NCBI RefSeq assembly: GCF_009914755.1 | Contig: NC_060936.1 | Reading direction: 5' to 3' (one strand) | DNA: 64,000 nt | Source of the DNA: the human T2T-CHM13v2.0 reference genome, Homo sapiens | Shown here: positions 1 to 13,741 of the stretch, one piece after another | How the letters are laid out: every line of letters begins with the position of its first letter | Position numbering within the stretch: position 1 is the first letter of the stretch | Translations under genes and position numbers: made by a program | Notes under the pieces: generated by a model | Database searches by the model: none | Seen by the model: only the letters and a program-made list of their open reading frames with translations | Told to the model about the DNA's origin: nothing

Positions 1-1630
1 CGTTTCAGAGATGGACATCCATGGGTGTGATTCAACCTCTGGTACTGACTAGATGTGTGGCTTTGAGTGAGTAACTACACACCTCAGTGACCTTTTCTAA
101 AAAGTTGGTTTAACGATGGTAGTTCCTTCTCAGGGTGTCTGCTCTTGCCTTGGTATCCACTTGGACTGCTCTGGTCTTAATCTTTACCTGCTTGGCTCAT
201 GCATATTTCCTTTTGGTGAAGCCGACTTCCCTTAGGCTTTCCAAACCAGCTTTTTCTCCCTTTTAAGTAGATCATAATTTTTAAAAGAATTCTTCATCAC
301 TGAACATTTGGAAAGAACTTTTCATCTTTGCAAAGCTGGCAGACTGGGGATTATTACTTCCATCTTTATGAATGGGAAACGAAGACTAGAGAGATTATTG
401 CTGGGTCTGAGTCACCAGGAAGTTGGTGGCAGAACTAGGACTTGAACCTGTCTCTCCTGATTCTCCTCACAGCCATTTGTCTTGCATCCTTAAGTTGCTG
501 GTGTAATGATCAGTGTCTGTAGTTGAAAAAGCAAAGCATGCATACAAGTGAAGGAATCATTGGTACTTCTAGGTTCCTGTGGAAGGCATGATGCCTTTAG
601 ATCACCAATCCCTCAGTGAGGTCAGATTGCAGAAGATATTGATTTATTTTTTATTAGAACCCTTTGGTTGGGACTTTTCTGATTGCAAATAAGAGAAACT
701 TGCTGGAGCTAGCTGGAGCACAGATAGGATTTATTATGATAACAGCGTGCCTCACTGACCCCAAAGACAGGGAAGGAGCCACTCCTCAGGAATGAGCTGG
801 ACCCAAAGCTCCAGGCTTATAGGAAGTTTCTTCCACCTTCCATCTCTGCTTCTGTCGGCACCTCTGCTTCATGCTTCCCTGCCTTCTCCACTTCCCAGGT
901 CATGTGGCAGAAAGTAGCTACCAATCTTTCCTGAGTTAACGTCTCCTTCTTTCAAATGAGAGGTAGACCAAGGCTGGAATCCATTATTTCTTCCAATTCC
1001 CCAAGGGAATGGCTCATTGGCCCAATGTGTGTCATCTTTGGACCAATCCACAGCAGCTAGGTGGGCAGGGTTATATAGACATAATGGTTACCAGGCAACC
1101 CTTTGATGTTTCTGCGACAGTGGGGGTTAAGAACAGGAAAATTCCCAACAGGTGCTTATGGCAGCATTGATTAATGGCTTTGCACTCACTCAACAAACAT
1201 TATTTGAATGCTATGCCAGGCACCTGGCACTGTGCTAGAAACTGGCTCAAAGAAATGCATTCCCTTCCCTTGTGGAGCTTACAACCCTGCTGTTTTTCTT
1301 TGATTCAGTTCTCATTCTCTGCAGGAAAAACATTCATCCTTAATGTTAATTTACCAGTTTCCACCTTGCCAATAGAGAGGTTAAAGATGCACCTATTCTT
1401 CATTCTGTAGGGCTAGTGGTGAATATTATTCTTGATCAAGTAAATATGTTGATGATATTCATAAGGCCTATTTCCCAACTGTCTTCTTTATTAGTGACTC
1501 CTAGTGTGCTGAGATAGTAGGAATTTACCATGGAGTTATCATTAAAACATGCTGCTCCAACATTTTACCCACCTTTCCTCTAATAATAACTGTTCCAATA
1601 ATGTAAAGACAACACGCTGAGCTTAGCTGA

Positions 1631-2030
1631 TGTCTTAGTCCATTTTGTGTTGCTACAAAGGAATACCTGAAGCTAGGTAAAGAGGTTTATTTGGCTCACA
1701 GTTCTGAAGGCTGTACAAGAAGCATACAGCTGTCATCTGTATCTGGTGAGGACTCAGGGAGCCTCCCCTCATAGCAGAAGGCAAAGGGAAGCTGACATCA
1801 CATGGCGAGAGAAAGGAAGGAAGAGAAGAGGAAGGTGCCAGTCTATTTTTAATAACCAGACCTTGCAGGAAGTAAGAATGAAGATGCATTCACTTCCAGC
1901 AGAATGACACCAAGCTATTAATGAGGGATCTGCCCCCATACCTCAAGTACCTCCCACTGGGCCCACCTCCAACACTGGGGATCAAATTTCAACATGAGAT
2001 TTGGAGGGAACAAATATTCAAACTATATTA
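1631..2030 (-). mobile_element. MaLR solo LTR, MST family (MSTB1/MSTD-like)
   Basis: Begins TGTCTTAGTCCATTTTGTGTTGCT, with MST motifs (GGCTCACAGTTCTG, CACATGGCGAGAG, GGGATCAAATTTCAACATGAGATTTGG). 5-bp TSD GCTGA/GCTTA (1626-1630 / 2031-2035). Confidence 0.85.
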
Positions 2031-2384
2031 GCTTATTTTTTAAATTTATTCTCTCTAGGTACTACCATATTTAAAATGCCTTTCATGTCCAGAAACTGAT
2101 AGGTTGTGGAATTAGAAATTACATACTGTCTTGAATTAACATGTTAACTTGCTGTTTAATTTTCTGCAAATGCCACTCCCCATATATATTTAGTGTATTG
2201 GGGCCTCAGTTTCCCCACCTCCCAGCAGAAATTACTACTTCACTCCCTTCCCGAAAGATAGTATTTGGAACTAGTACTCTCGTACAATTATTTCCAGCTT
2301 TGAGATTATGCAGAGCAGTCAATAGATACGTCATTATTTAAAAGTTGAAACTAACTTGAACAAAATGAAAAGAGGGAGTGCCAG

Positions 2385-3021
2385 TGTGAAGTTAGAAAAC
2401 AGTGTCACAAGACCACTCTCACTTGTGACACCAATTGCAAATTCATAGATCCTCAAAACCTTTGTTTTGATAATTCGCTAGAGGGACTCACAATATTGAA
2501 ATAAATCTGTTATACTCATAATTACAGTATATACCGACAACAAAAATACACTAAAATTAGCAAGTGAGAGAGGAAGGAGAGCCAAATTCAGGAAAGTTGC
2601 AAACATGGAGCTTCCAGTGGTCCTCTCCTCATTAAGTCATAGCCATTGTTATTTTGTTGGCAATGATGCATGGCAATACACACTGAAGTCAGCCAATCAG
2701 GGAAGCTCATTTGAGTCATGAGGTCCAGAGTTTTTGCTGGGGCTCAAACACATAATCTTGCTGGACCATTCAGGTTGTTGGTCTCTGTCTTCAGGCCCTT
2801 CACAGGTCAAGCTGTCTTCAGGCCCTTCAGAGGTCAAGCTGATTTGTGTTACCCAAAGCCCCTACCCTAAATTACTTTTTTTGAATTTTGTGAGGCCCAA
2901 GAATCCCAGATAAACAAAGATACTTCTATCAGGCAAGAAACTTCAAGGACTTAGAGGTTACCTCCCAGGAGCCAAAACAGACCAGGTCTCTCTTTGGACA
3001 AAGCTAAATTCTTTACTACAC
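2385..3021 (-). mobile_element. MER21-like ERVL LTR
   Basis: Ends ...AGAGGTTACCTCCCAGGAGCC...CCAGGTCTCTCTTTGGACAAAGCTAAATTCTTTACTACA, the reverse complement of the recalled MER21 5' end. Left boundary approximate. Confidence 0.65.
2785..2841. repeat. 27-bp tandem duplication (2 copies, 1 mismatch)
   Basis: CTGTCTTCAGGCCCTTCACAGGTCAAG followed by CTGTCTTCAGGCCCTTCAGAGGTCAAG, then CTG. Confidence 0.95.
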
Positions 3022-5104
3022 TGTCATTTACTCTTAGGGTTGCTAGGGGTTGAATCTAAGGCCTCTTTTTATGTTCATAGAGGATGAGTTTGACATCTTC
3101 ACTGGTAAAATTTTAGCCGCTCATAATGTTGCTGAAGTTGTAATACTAGATAGCTCCACAAAGATTCTTTTTCTGAAAAAATATATCCTTTTTTTTTCAG
3201 TTCATTTTTTATGCTGTTCACTGTCTACTTCTTACATAGCAGAACTTCCCGCTAATACTGAAGAGTGAGCTTCATTGCTACCACTTGCATATGTGCTCAA
3301 TGTGTTTTGGAGGATCAAAGACACACTGTTTCCCACTGTTTGACCAACATGAAAACTGGATGGCAGTTGGTCTCTGTAAATAAACATAAATATGCTTTTA
3401 AAGCATAAAACTCAAAGCTGATTCACAATAGAGAGCTGAATGAAAGGCTCATCCACTGATGTATGAAGAGTGTTTGGCAGCCTCTGCTACAAGTGAATTA
3501 TTTAAATGAATCTTTACCTTAGAGAAATACCTCTTTCCTTGTGCCAAAGATGTATAGGAGCTGCCCTAGGGATTTGGGGAGGTTATGAATGGAAGCTATA
3601 ATAGGCAGCTGCAAATACTATGGAAAAGCTAAAGTATAGTCTTGGATGAAAATGTATATACATATATGAGGAAAGCACAAGTTTTGGCCAGACTTGATTT
3701 ATTATTTAGCAAAATCACTCTGCTTTTGAGACTCCATTTGAGAAAATCAATGTGGTGTCTTCACTGTGGCAGTTCGAGAGGGAGGCTCTATGGTTGACGT
3801 GTGGGAGTTTGTGGAATGCACATGTTCAGATGAAGATGTCGTTAAAATATGCGGGGGCTTTATCTTCAGATCTCTTAAGTGTTCAGTCTCCTTTCTCATT
3901 CCTTCTGTATTGCCCAGGGTCTTATTCTGACTGAGCTTCCCATGCTCTGAAAGGCTGGAGGCCAGAATGGCCTCACTAAGGAGTGAAAGACTGATAGAGA
4001 CTCTGGGATCAGTAGGACACAGCAGCAGGTCATGTTGCTTCCCTCTTTCTGGAATAGATATCCTGCTCACCATCTTAGCAGAAATAACCCTCTCATAGGG
4101 CAATATTTCCTAAAGTACATTTACACATCACCTTCACAGTTTTTGGCAAATGAACTTAACATTTGTGTCTTTATATATTTAGCATTTTTCTTTAATTCAC
4201 TTTTTAGACTTAAAAAGAAAAAATAAATTCAGCCACACATCAAGTAAACAATTCATGAAACCATGAGTTTTGTGTGTTACCTTTCTTAATACACGTTAAG
4301 ATGTTAAAGTTAATTTTTTCAAAGACCTTACAAATTTATCTAGGTACCAGCTAAAATAATCTTAAATATTGCCTGTATTATAAATTCTGCAGTTAGAAAC
4401 TTTCTGTGGAACGTTATTCCTGTTTTTTGTTTGTTTTGACTTCTGTTTTTCCTCTAATTCTACTCTACTGGGTCTACAAATCCACCAGGATCCAGTGTCT
4501 GGCCCTGCTGTGCTCTTTGCAAAAGACTGAAATACAGACCTACTGTTTATTCTTTTTTTAAAAAAAACACAGTACAACTGCATTTTTGTAATAGGGCCCT
4601 TAAAAGGATCTGGAAGAAAACACTGGCTCTTCAGTTCCACCTGTCCTTTTCTAAGTTTCTGAGACTAGAGTCCAGTTTATTGTTTGTTTTAGGAAAAGGA
4701 TAATAATAATGCTGAATTCTGCTACTCTACCTGTTCCACCTGTCCCTATACAGAGAATGAGCATAGATTTGTCTCAATCATAAAATCTTTAAGATGGATA
4801 TAAAAGTCTGTAAGTATTTTCTAATGGTAGAAAAGGCCTTGGAAGAATTATTTTCTTCTGCTTGAAGCCTACTCTTCAGGGTGAAGATTTTTGAAGGTGG
4901 CTGCACCTTAAATAATGGCAGCTTTGATTTTTAAAAAATGGTGTTTCTGAGAGGCCTAACTTTTAAAATAATCATTCTTAGCAAAACTCAAAATTCTTAC
5001 GATGTATTTTCTGGGCTTGGAAAATACAATTTTACTAAAAACAAAAGATAAACTGGCATATAATCTGCATAAATATCAATGTGTGAAAGGACTCCCTGCA
5101 TTTG

Positions 5105-5293
5105 GAATTACCAAATAAAATATAGGACTTCCAATGCCCAGTTAAATCTGAATTTCAGACAAACAGCAGTGGTTTTTTTTTTAGTCATAAATATTTTATG
5201 AGACATAATTGCAATAAAAATCATTTGTTGCTTGTCTGAAATTCAAATATAGCTGGAAATCCTATATTTTTATTTTCTAAATGTGGCTGACCT
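5105..5293. mobile_element. MER33-like hAT-Charlie non-autonomous DNA transposon remnant
   Basis: Internal inverted arms CCAGTTAAATCTGAATTTCAGACAAAC ... TTGTCTGAAATTCAAATATAGCTGG, plus AAAATATAGGA / TCCTATATTTT. Confidence 0.65.
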
Positions 5294-5674
5294 ATTTGTT
5301 ACCTATGTACTCTATGGGCAGGTTTTAGTTGAATAAATTGAAACTCCTTAAATATTAAGTGTTTTGAAATATCTGAAGCAAATTTCAGAAGCTCATCTGC
5401 AAATAAACTAAAAATGATGATGATGCATTTTTTTCCTGGCTGACCTTTATGATGGACATAATTTATCATTCTCTTATCATTATTACAGTGGGGAGACAAG
5501 CATTCCAGGGAGATGGTATCTGAATGCTTACACTATCATGGGCCTAAAGAAATCACTCAATCTGAAGTTCCCTAAGCCTTCTGTTCCCCTCCCAAGAGCC
5601 TGGTATGGAGTCCCCCACCTCTTCCCTTGAAGAACTCCACCTTGGGGAAGAAAATCCAAGCTCATGGAGGGCTG

Positions 5675-7982
5675 TGTATTAGTCTGTTTTCACACTGCTG
5701 ATATAGTCATACCCAAGACTGGGTAATTTATAAAAGAAAGAGGTTTAATGGCCTCACAGTTCCACCTGGCTGGGGAAGCCTCACAATCATGGTGGAAGGT
5801 GAAAGGCATATCCTACATAGCAGCAGGCAAGAAAGAATGAGAGCCAAGAGACAGGGGAAACCCCTTATGAAATCACCAGATCTCGTGAGACTTATTCACT
5901 ACCATGAGAACAGTATGGAGGAACCACCCCCATGATTCAATTATTTCCTACAGAGTCCCTCCCACAACACATGGGAATTATGAAAGCTACAATTCGAGAT
6001 GAGATTTTGGTGGGGACACAGACAAACCATATCATTCCACCACTGGCCCCTCCCAAATGTCATGTTTTCGCATTTCAAAAACAATCATGCCTTTCCAACA
6101 GTCCCCCAAAATCTTAACTCATTTCAGCATTAACTCAAATGTCCACAGTCCAAGGTCTCAACTGAGACAAGGCAAGTTCCTTCTGCCTATGAACCTGTAA
6201 AACCAAAAGCAAGTTAGTTACTCCTAGATACAATGGGGGTACAGGCATTGAGTAAATACATCTGTTCTATATGGGAGAAATTGGCCAAAACAAAGGGGCT
6301 AAAGGCCCCCATGCAAGTCCAAAATCCAGTGGAGCAGTCAAATCTTAAAGTTTCCAAATGATCTCCTTTGACTCTATGCCTCACATCGAGGTCATGCTGA
6401 TGCAAGAGGTGGGTTCCCATGGCCTTGGGCAGCTCTGCCCCTGTGGCTTTGCAGGGTACAGCACCCCTTCTGGCAGCTTTCACAGGCTGGCATTGAGTGT
6501 CTGCAGCTTTTCCAGGCTCATGGTACAAGCTGTCAATGGAGCTACCATTCTGTAGTCTGGAGGGCAGTGGCCCTTTTCTCACAGCTCCACTAGGCAGTGC
6601 CCCAGTGGGGACTCTGTGTGGGGGCTTCAACCCCATATTTCCCTTCCTCAATGTCCTAGCAGAGGTTCTCTCCATGAGAGCCCCACTTGTGCAGCAAACT
6701 TCTGGCTTGACATCTAGGCATTTCCATACATCCTCTGAAATATAGGTGGAGGTTCCCAAACATCAATTCTTGACTTCTGTGCACTTGCAGTGCAGGCTCA
6801 ATATCATGTGGAAGCTGCCAAGACTTGGGGCTTCCACCCTCTGAAGCCATGGCCTGAGTCGTACATTCACTCCTTTTAGCCATGGCTAGAGTGGCTGGGA
6901 CTCAGGGTGCTGAGTTGCTAGGCTGCACACAGCAGGGGGGCCCTGGGCCTGGCCCACAAAACCATTTTTTCCTCCTAGGCCTCCAGGCCTGTGATGGGAG
7001 GGGCTGCTGCAAAGGTCTCTGACATGCTCTGGAGACATTTTCTCCATTGCCTTGTGATTAACATTTGGCTTCTCGTTATTCATGCAAATTTCTGCAGCCA
7101 GCTTGAATTTCTTCTCAGAAAATGGGTTTTTCTTTTCTGTCACATCGTAAGGCTGCAAATTTTCCAAACTTTTATGTTTCCCTTTTAAAACTGAGTGCTT
7201 TTAACAGCATTCAAGTCACCTCTTGAATATTTTGCTGCCTAGAAATTTCTTCCACCAGATACCCTAAATAATCTCTCTCAAGTTCAAGGTTCCACAAATA
7301 TCTAGGATGGGGGCAAAATGCTGCCAGTCTCTTTGCTAAAACATAGCAAGAGTAACCTTTACTCCAGTTCCCAACAAGTTTCTCATCTCCATATGAGACC
7401 TTCTCAGCCTGGATTTCATTGTCCATATTATCATCATGGTTTTTGTCAAAGCCATTCAACAAGTCCCTCGAAAGTTCCAAACTTTCCCACATTTTCCTGT
7501 CTTCTTCTGAGCCCCCCAAACTGTTCCAACCTTTGCCTGTTACCAAGTTCCAAAGTTGCTTCCACTTTTTTTTTATATCTTTACAGCAGTTCCCCACTCT
7601 ATTTCTACCAATTTACCATATTAGTCCATTTTCATGCTGCTGATAAAGACATAGCTGAGACTGGGTAATTTGTAAAGAAAAAGAGTTTTAATGGACTCAC
7701 AGTTTCACATGGCTGGAGAGGCCTCCCCCACAATCACAGTGGAAGGTGAAAGGCACATCTTACATGGCACCAGACAAGAGAGAATGAGAGGCAAGTGAAA
7801 GGGGAAACCCCTTATAAAATCATCAGATTGCGTGAGACTTATTCACTACCATGAGAACAATATGGGAGAAACCGACCCCCTGATTCGTTTGTCTCCCACC
7901 AGGTCTCTCCCATAACATGTAGGAATTATGGGAGCTATAGTTCAAGATGAGATTTGGGTGGGACCACAGCCAAACCATATCA
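5675..7982 (-). mobile_element. Full-length THE1 (THE1C-like) MaLR provirus: LTR-internal-LTR
   Basis: Two ~360-bp LTRs (~5675-6034 and ~7616-7982, each ...AAACCATATCA) flank a ~1.6-kb THE1 internal region. Decayed TSD GGCTG/GATTG. ORF fragments in 6214-7597 are typical MaLR-internal remnants. Confidence 0.92.
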
Positions 7983-9169
7983 GATTGGATCCCATTATTG
8001 CATTATACTACCTTGTCTCTCCACAGAAACATACTGAAGCCATCCTGTGCCCAGCTCCATAGATAAATCACTTAGGAAGATGGTAGTTACATGCTTCACA
8101 GTTACTCTTGTAACTGAATGAAGATGGAACCTTCCTCTTAACCAGCCATGATCAGTGATTACACATGGAATCAAATGACCATGCTCACAGCTGCTCTAAT
8201 ACTTTTCTGGGAAAAGCCAGGTTCTGTAGGGGACTTGTGTAAAATGCAGGGATATAATTAATTAGCTGAAGTACACCATCCAATTAATGATAAACTCTAT
8301 GACTCTGAGATGAATGATTCTCGGCACAGTTGTTCTCATCTTCATAGCAACTTCTGCATTCATCCCAAAGACACCTCCAAAGGTGCACAGGACTCATGAG
8401 CACCCTGCAGACAGATGCCAGCCTACGAACACTTTATTTCCACCAAGGTCCCGAAAACTATGTGATCCACAGAGATGGATTTTCAAGGAACAGTCAAGAC
8501 CCTTATGGAATATCTGCATAATATTTACACATTGGGGAAACTCTGTGTTGAGACCCTGACTTACCCAAAAGAGAAAGTGTAACCTGGAGGAAAATTTAAG
8601 TTATGGCAATCCAAACACAAAATCTGCTAGCTTCTTTATGTCCCCAAGTTGCCTACACTTTTGAGGGATGAAATGGGGAAGTAGTTAGGACACAGAATCT
8701 GGAGGGAGGAAAAAAGATTTTGATAGGCTGGAACTTTGGGCCTAATGTAACAAGATTAGAAGAAATAAATGTAAAGTTCTGTATTTATATCTAAATGCAT
8801 TTTCAAAAATAGCATACATCCCTATAAATAAATAAGCAAACAAACAAGAAAAATCACCTTTACAAGTGTATGACTTGGGAAATATAGCATAAAAGCAATG
8901 TCTATGAAGAAAGGCCTTGGATAGTTTTATCAATATTAGACTCCATATATGTGAGTTGTTAAATGAGGCTTCCCAAAGTACTAATGTGATATTTAACAGC
9001 AACAAATAATACCTATTTTCTAGAAAAGAGGTCAAAATACAACTAGCAACTTGACTGAAAGCCATGTTGGCATATAATTTTGTTTGTTTGTTTGATTATA
9101 TTTGATATTGGACATAGAATTTAAAACTTAAATTATATGCTGCATATAAGATATAAAAAAACAGGCAAT

Positions 9170-9390
9170 TTCAAATAGGAAACTGGATTTCTGTTGCTCT
9201 TGAAAAGCTTCAGCTAGGCTCACATTCCCACCTGGTTAACATCAGCTGGGACTGAGTGGCAACTAACTGTTATATGGTGCCTGTGGTCTCCAACGGACCT
9301 CAGTCCCCACCGCTCCCTCCTGTGTCTCTGGTATTAAGGTTGAAGGGCACAAGCCACTTCTCATCACACATAGCCTCTTGATTTTTAATA
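9170..9390. mobile_element. MER102-like hAT remnant
   Basis: GGATTTCTGTTGCTCTTGAAAA...CACATTCCCACCTGG...CAGTCCCCACCGCTCCC resembles recalled MER102. A related decayed copy lies at ~30060-30370. Confidence 0.5.
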
Positions 9391-10494
9391 TTAGAGTTCA
9401 TAAAAAAAAGTGAAAAGTGAATGAATACTGGTCTCTACACGAAGTGGGCAACCAATGACAGGCCTCTCTTTGTCACTCTGTCCTAGGATTCCGTTGGCAT
9501 TCTAGGCCATAATAGTAACACTGGGAAATTGACACATGTTCTGCCAGAGGGTAAGACTTCGGGGTGCTGAGGGACCTGGAAATTACATTACAGTATGAAA
9601 AGCTGAAGGAAGTGCAAGTGCTTAACTATGTGAGGAGAAAGAGAAACGTCCCAGGGCTGACACAAAGTGGAAGGCATGATGGCTTTTCCTTAAGTATTGA
9701 AAGGGCTGCTGAATGGACTACAGAGATTTGTTCTTTTTTCTGGATCTCTAAAGTGGAAAGTGTAAGGAAACCAATTCTTGCTCATTATAAAGAAATAAAT
9801 ATTTCAGAATCAGTATCTTACAATGGCCAACTTTTTCCGTCTTTGGTTAAAATGTGGCTTTACTACTTTGTAGCTATTTGATCTTTGGCAAGTTGTTAGC
9901 TCTTAATGCCTTAATTTCCTCGTGTGTAATATGGAGATGATGATGGTCTAATGGGATTGCACTGTATGCAGAGATTAGTTCTAAATCAGCATTCATTAGG
10001 CAGACTTTTTCACGAATGAAAGTGACCCTTTGAAATTCTGTAAATTAAACTTAAATCACAAGGACTCGGGCTCTTCAAAACTCAACATTTGAGAATTAAT
10101 TTTCTTTTTTCTCTTGCATTTGGCTGTTGCTAAACTCTGTGGGTCCTTACATGTCCAAGTCTAGTTTAAAAGGGGTATCAAAGGCATCATAGATAGGTTT
10201 TATTTTTTTCTTACGATATTTTATTCTCAGCACATATAATTGAATTTTTATGTGTTAAATGTGCGTGTAATTAAATCTCATCAGGCAAGAATCAAGTAAT
10301 ACAGTATTTTTAAAAAGACAGCACAATGTTTAATCTGTCATACGTCTATGTAAGTATTCATATGTATATCTGTAAGTTTTGGTTTCTAATTGATTGGAAG
10401 CTTCATGGGTTCTAGGACTATGTTACTAAACAGTGGGTTTCCCATTACTTAGCAGAGTGCCTGGGATACTGTAAGTACACAGAGGACATAGTTA

Positions 10495-10708
10495 GAAGAA
10501 ATAAGGAAGAAAAGGAGGGAAGGAAGGAAGGAAGAGAGGCAGGGAGAGAGGGAGAGAAGAAGGAAGGAAGGAAGGAAGGAAGGAAAGAGGGAAGGCGGGA
10601 AAGAGGAAAGGAAGGAAAGAGGGAAGGGGGAAGGAGGGAGGGAAGGAAGGAGGAAGGAAAGAAAGAGGGAAGGAAAGAGAGAAGGAGGGAGGCAGGAAAG
10701 GAAAGAAG
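10495..10708 (+). repeat. GA-rich polypurine simple repeat containing (GGAA)6
   Basis: ~210 bp almost purely A/G; perfect (GGAA)6 at 10562-10585. Confidence 0.95.
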
Positions 10709-12864
10709 TTGGTCCAATAATGGAATATGTGGTTGCCTAAATTGTTCCATAACTTTCTGGAGCATCTCCTGTGAATTCCTTTTCAACGGAGGAAATCAAA
10801 GAAAGAAGGAGCTCTCTATAGTCAAATGGGTTTTTATTGGGTGGAGACTTGGAATTGCATACTTAGATCTACGGTGTTTTTTTTTTTTTTTTTTTTTTTT
10901 GTCCTCATGGAAAGCATTTTTCCCAAAAACATTCACTGACCATATATTGTGTTCAGTGTCGTGCTCATAGGGCTTAGGATGCTATAAAAATGGAATGCAT
11001 ATGTCTTCTGCCCTTAGTCATTTACTTACTAGTTATAGATAAGGGAGCTAACTTTTATTATTGGCCAAGCACATTAGTAGCATTGACATATGTCTGCCTC
11101 ATGTAAGACTTTAAGGTAGGTAAGGCTTTTACCTAAATTTTATACATGAAAAATCAGAGGCATTAGAGGGAAAGTAGCTTCCTAAAGGTTACACAGCTGG
11201 TGGGTGGTGGAGCTCAGGTTTCTACCCAACCTGCTGGCTCTGAGCCTGCATTCATACCCCTGTGCATGATGGCTTCATCTTCCTTTGAGTTTGTGTCCAA
11301 CGTGGTGGGAGGAACGTCTCATGAACAGTAACAAAATGGCATTCCTATTGCTTCCCCACTGGAGGTGTCAGTTGGTTGATAGTGAGCTTTTCTGATATTT
11401 ATAACACTCTATTGTTTTCAGCCACATCATCTGAAAGGCACGTTTTCTTCTCATTGTCAAGTTTCTTTGAAGGTCATCACAGGAAGGATAAAAGCAAGGA
11501 TTTCAAGAGTGGTCATCTTTTCATGTCTCTTTTTCTGATAAATGATGGGCTTATGCATTTATGGGTCGGTAATTATATTGTTTGTCAATAAATTATGGCT
11601 TTCAGGACCGCAGAAGCCTGTTATGCATCATTAGCAAGTACTGAATTCCTTTCATTCTTGAAAAAGACACATAAATGGATCTATAATGGCACAGAGAGCG
11701 TGCCCACCAACTTATGTATGTGATAATTAAATGCCCAGGCCTCTGGCTTCAGCTGGACTAGGCAATAATGAAATGCTAAAGGCCTAATAAAAACATTAAT
11801 ATGCTTAAGTCTTCCATGCCCCGGGAAAGCACTTTGTGGACCTGGCTTATGAGTGCTTAAGGCGACATGTGATGGATGAGCTGTCATATGGAAATTTAAA
11901 GTTGTCCTGTTGCTTGCTTAGAAATGTGTAGCAAACTGGCTTCTAAATAGGGCAAAAGTGGCTTTGAAATAGCATCTGCATACCCTGGGTTAGAACACAG
12001 CAACTAGAAAAAAGCTCACTGCCCAAGATTTCCCAAAGGGTGAGATTTACAGAAAGGGTAAGATGGCAGGTGGTGTTTTCTGAATGGGGTGCTCTAAAGA
12101 GGTCATTTTGAGCAAACTTAAATGAGCTAAAGGCATCAATGAAGATTTAAGTAGAGACGATGTAGACAGTTGTGTAGGTAGCAATGGTCTGGCGGACCTA
12201 GAACACAACCTATATTAGTTAAACATTTTTGGTTACAAATAATGAAAGCACAGATCAAATTTTAAGCCAAAAATGAAATTAGTTGAGTCATGTACCCGAA
12301 GAGGGCTTTTAAGGTTTATTGCAAAGTTGGACTGCAGCCTTCTCTAGGACCTATTTTCTCTGTTTCTCAATACTGACGCCCTCTGTGTAGTCTTTATTCC
12401 CGGTCAGGCTCCTTCTGTATGGAGGGTTCCAACAAGTTCAGGGTTCATATTTTTCTAGCTTCTAGTCTGGTGACTAGAAGCTTTGTTCCCTGTCAATGCA
12501 TCAAGAATTACCTGACTAAACAGACTTGGGTGTAGTGCCCATTTCTGAATTGGTAAAACTGTGGACATAACATGAAATATGTCCACTGGCCAGACCTGTG
12601 CCGCATATCCATATGTGGAGCTGAGAGTTCAACTTGAACTACTCCGTCCTCGGGAAAAACTGAGAAAATGGATAGGAAAAGAATGACAGCTATCCATTCA
12701 GTTTCCCATGAAAATTCCCTAGATTTTTTTTTAGGAAGAACACAATCAATCAGCAAATCCTGATAGAAAACCTACCATGTTGGAGGAACAATGGCAAACC
12801 TCCAGAGGCATTTGCAAACTATCTGAGGCATACTTTATGTGACCAAATGCCTACTGAGTGTCTA

Positions 12865-13335
12865 ATTGTGCCAATTACCTACTGCTTTATACAAATCACC
12901 CTACAACTTAGCAATGTAGAAAAATAAGAATTTATTAAAATAAGAGTTTCTGAGGGTCAGGAATCTGGGAAAGGCTCAACTGTCTGGCTCAGGCTCGGGG
13001 TATGTAATGATATTGCAGTGAAGATGTTCACAAAAGCTGCAGTCATCTCCAGTCTTGCCTGGGGCTGCAAGATCCACTTCCAATGTGACTGGCTCCCACA
13101 GCTAAATTCATGCTGGATGTTATCATGAGGTCTCAGTTCCTCACCCCTTGGGTCTCTTCATAGGATCACTTAAAAGTTTTTATGACATGACAGCTGGCTG
13201 CCTGCAATGTGAAGGATTTAAAAAAGAGAGGAAGAAGTCACAGTGATGTTTATCTCTGAATCCCAACAACACTATAACTTTTGACACATTTTATTTATGA
13301 CAAGCGGTCACTAAATACGGCCCACACTCAATGAG
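12865..13335 (-). mobile_element. MLT1 (F/G-like) MaLR LTR remnant
   Basis: GGTCAGGAATCTGGGAAAGGCTCAACTG, GCTGCAGTCATCT...GGGGCTG..GATCCACTTCCAA, GGTCACTAAAT.CGGCCCACACTCAA motifs. Boundaries approximate. Confidence 0.55.
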
Positions 13336-13640
13336 TACCCCTGACCAAAGATTTTATATGCTCCTCCCTGATGCAAAATATACTCACTTCCTCCCAGGAT
13401 CTCAAAACCTTGTTATTTTAGATTGTCAATTCAAATTCAGGATTTGGGAGTTGAAATCAGGTTCAGGTACAGATGAGATTTCTGATTCTAAAGAGGTCCA
13501 TGTTTTCCATTAGGGAAGCATATTTACCCTAGAAAATGATATCCCTAGATATGGAAAAAAGAAAAGGTTTTAGAGTTAGGTTGGCTTCAATTCTTCAGTA
13601 CAACTTCAGGTTTTGCAAGAACATGTCAACCTGCAGAACC

Positions 13641-13741
13641 ATGAGCTTCCACTAATATCAGAAGGTGAGGGGCAGCCAGTGTGTGCAGAGATCACATGGC
13701 GAGAGAGGGAGGAAAGTGAGGGAGGTTCCGGGCTCCTTTTT
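13641..13741 (-). mobile_element. MST (MSTD-like) LTR, left part, interrupted by the L1HS
   Basis: GCTTCCACT...GAAGGTGAGGGG...GTGTGCAGAGATCACATGGCGAGAGAGG continues seamlessly across the TSD into AACAACCAGCTCT at 19836. Confidence 0.8.

Noticed and set aside
6214-7668. ORFs of 65-181 aa
   Set aside because: Decayed THE1 internal sequence; no intact gag/pol and overlapping frames on both strands.
10445-10786. 113-aa LPSF-repeat ORF
   Set aside because: Reverse translation of the GGAA tract.
10876-10900. Isolated poly-T run
   Set aside because: No TSD or retroelement body visible.
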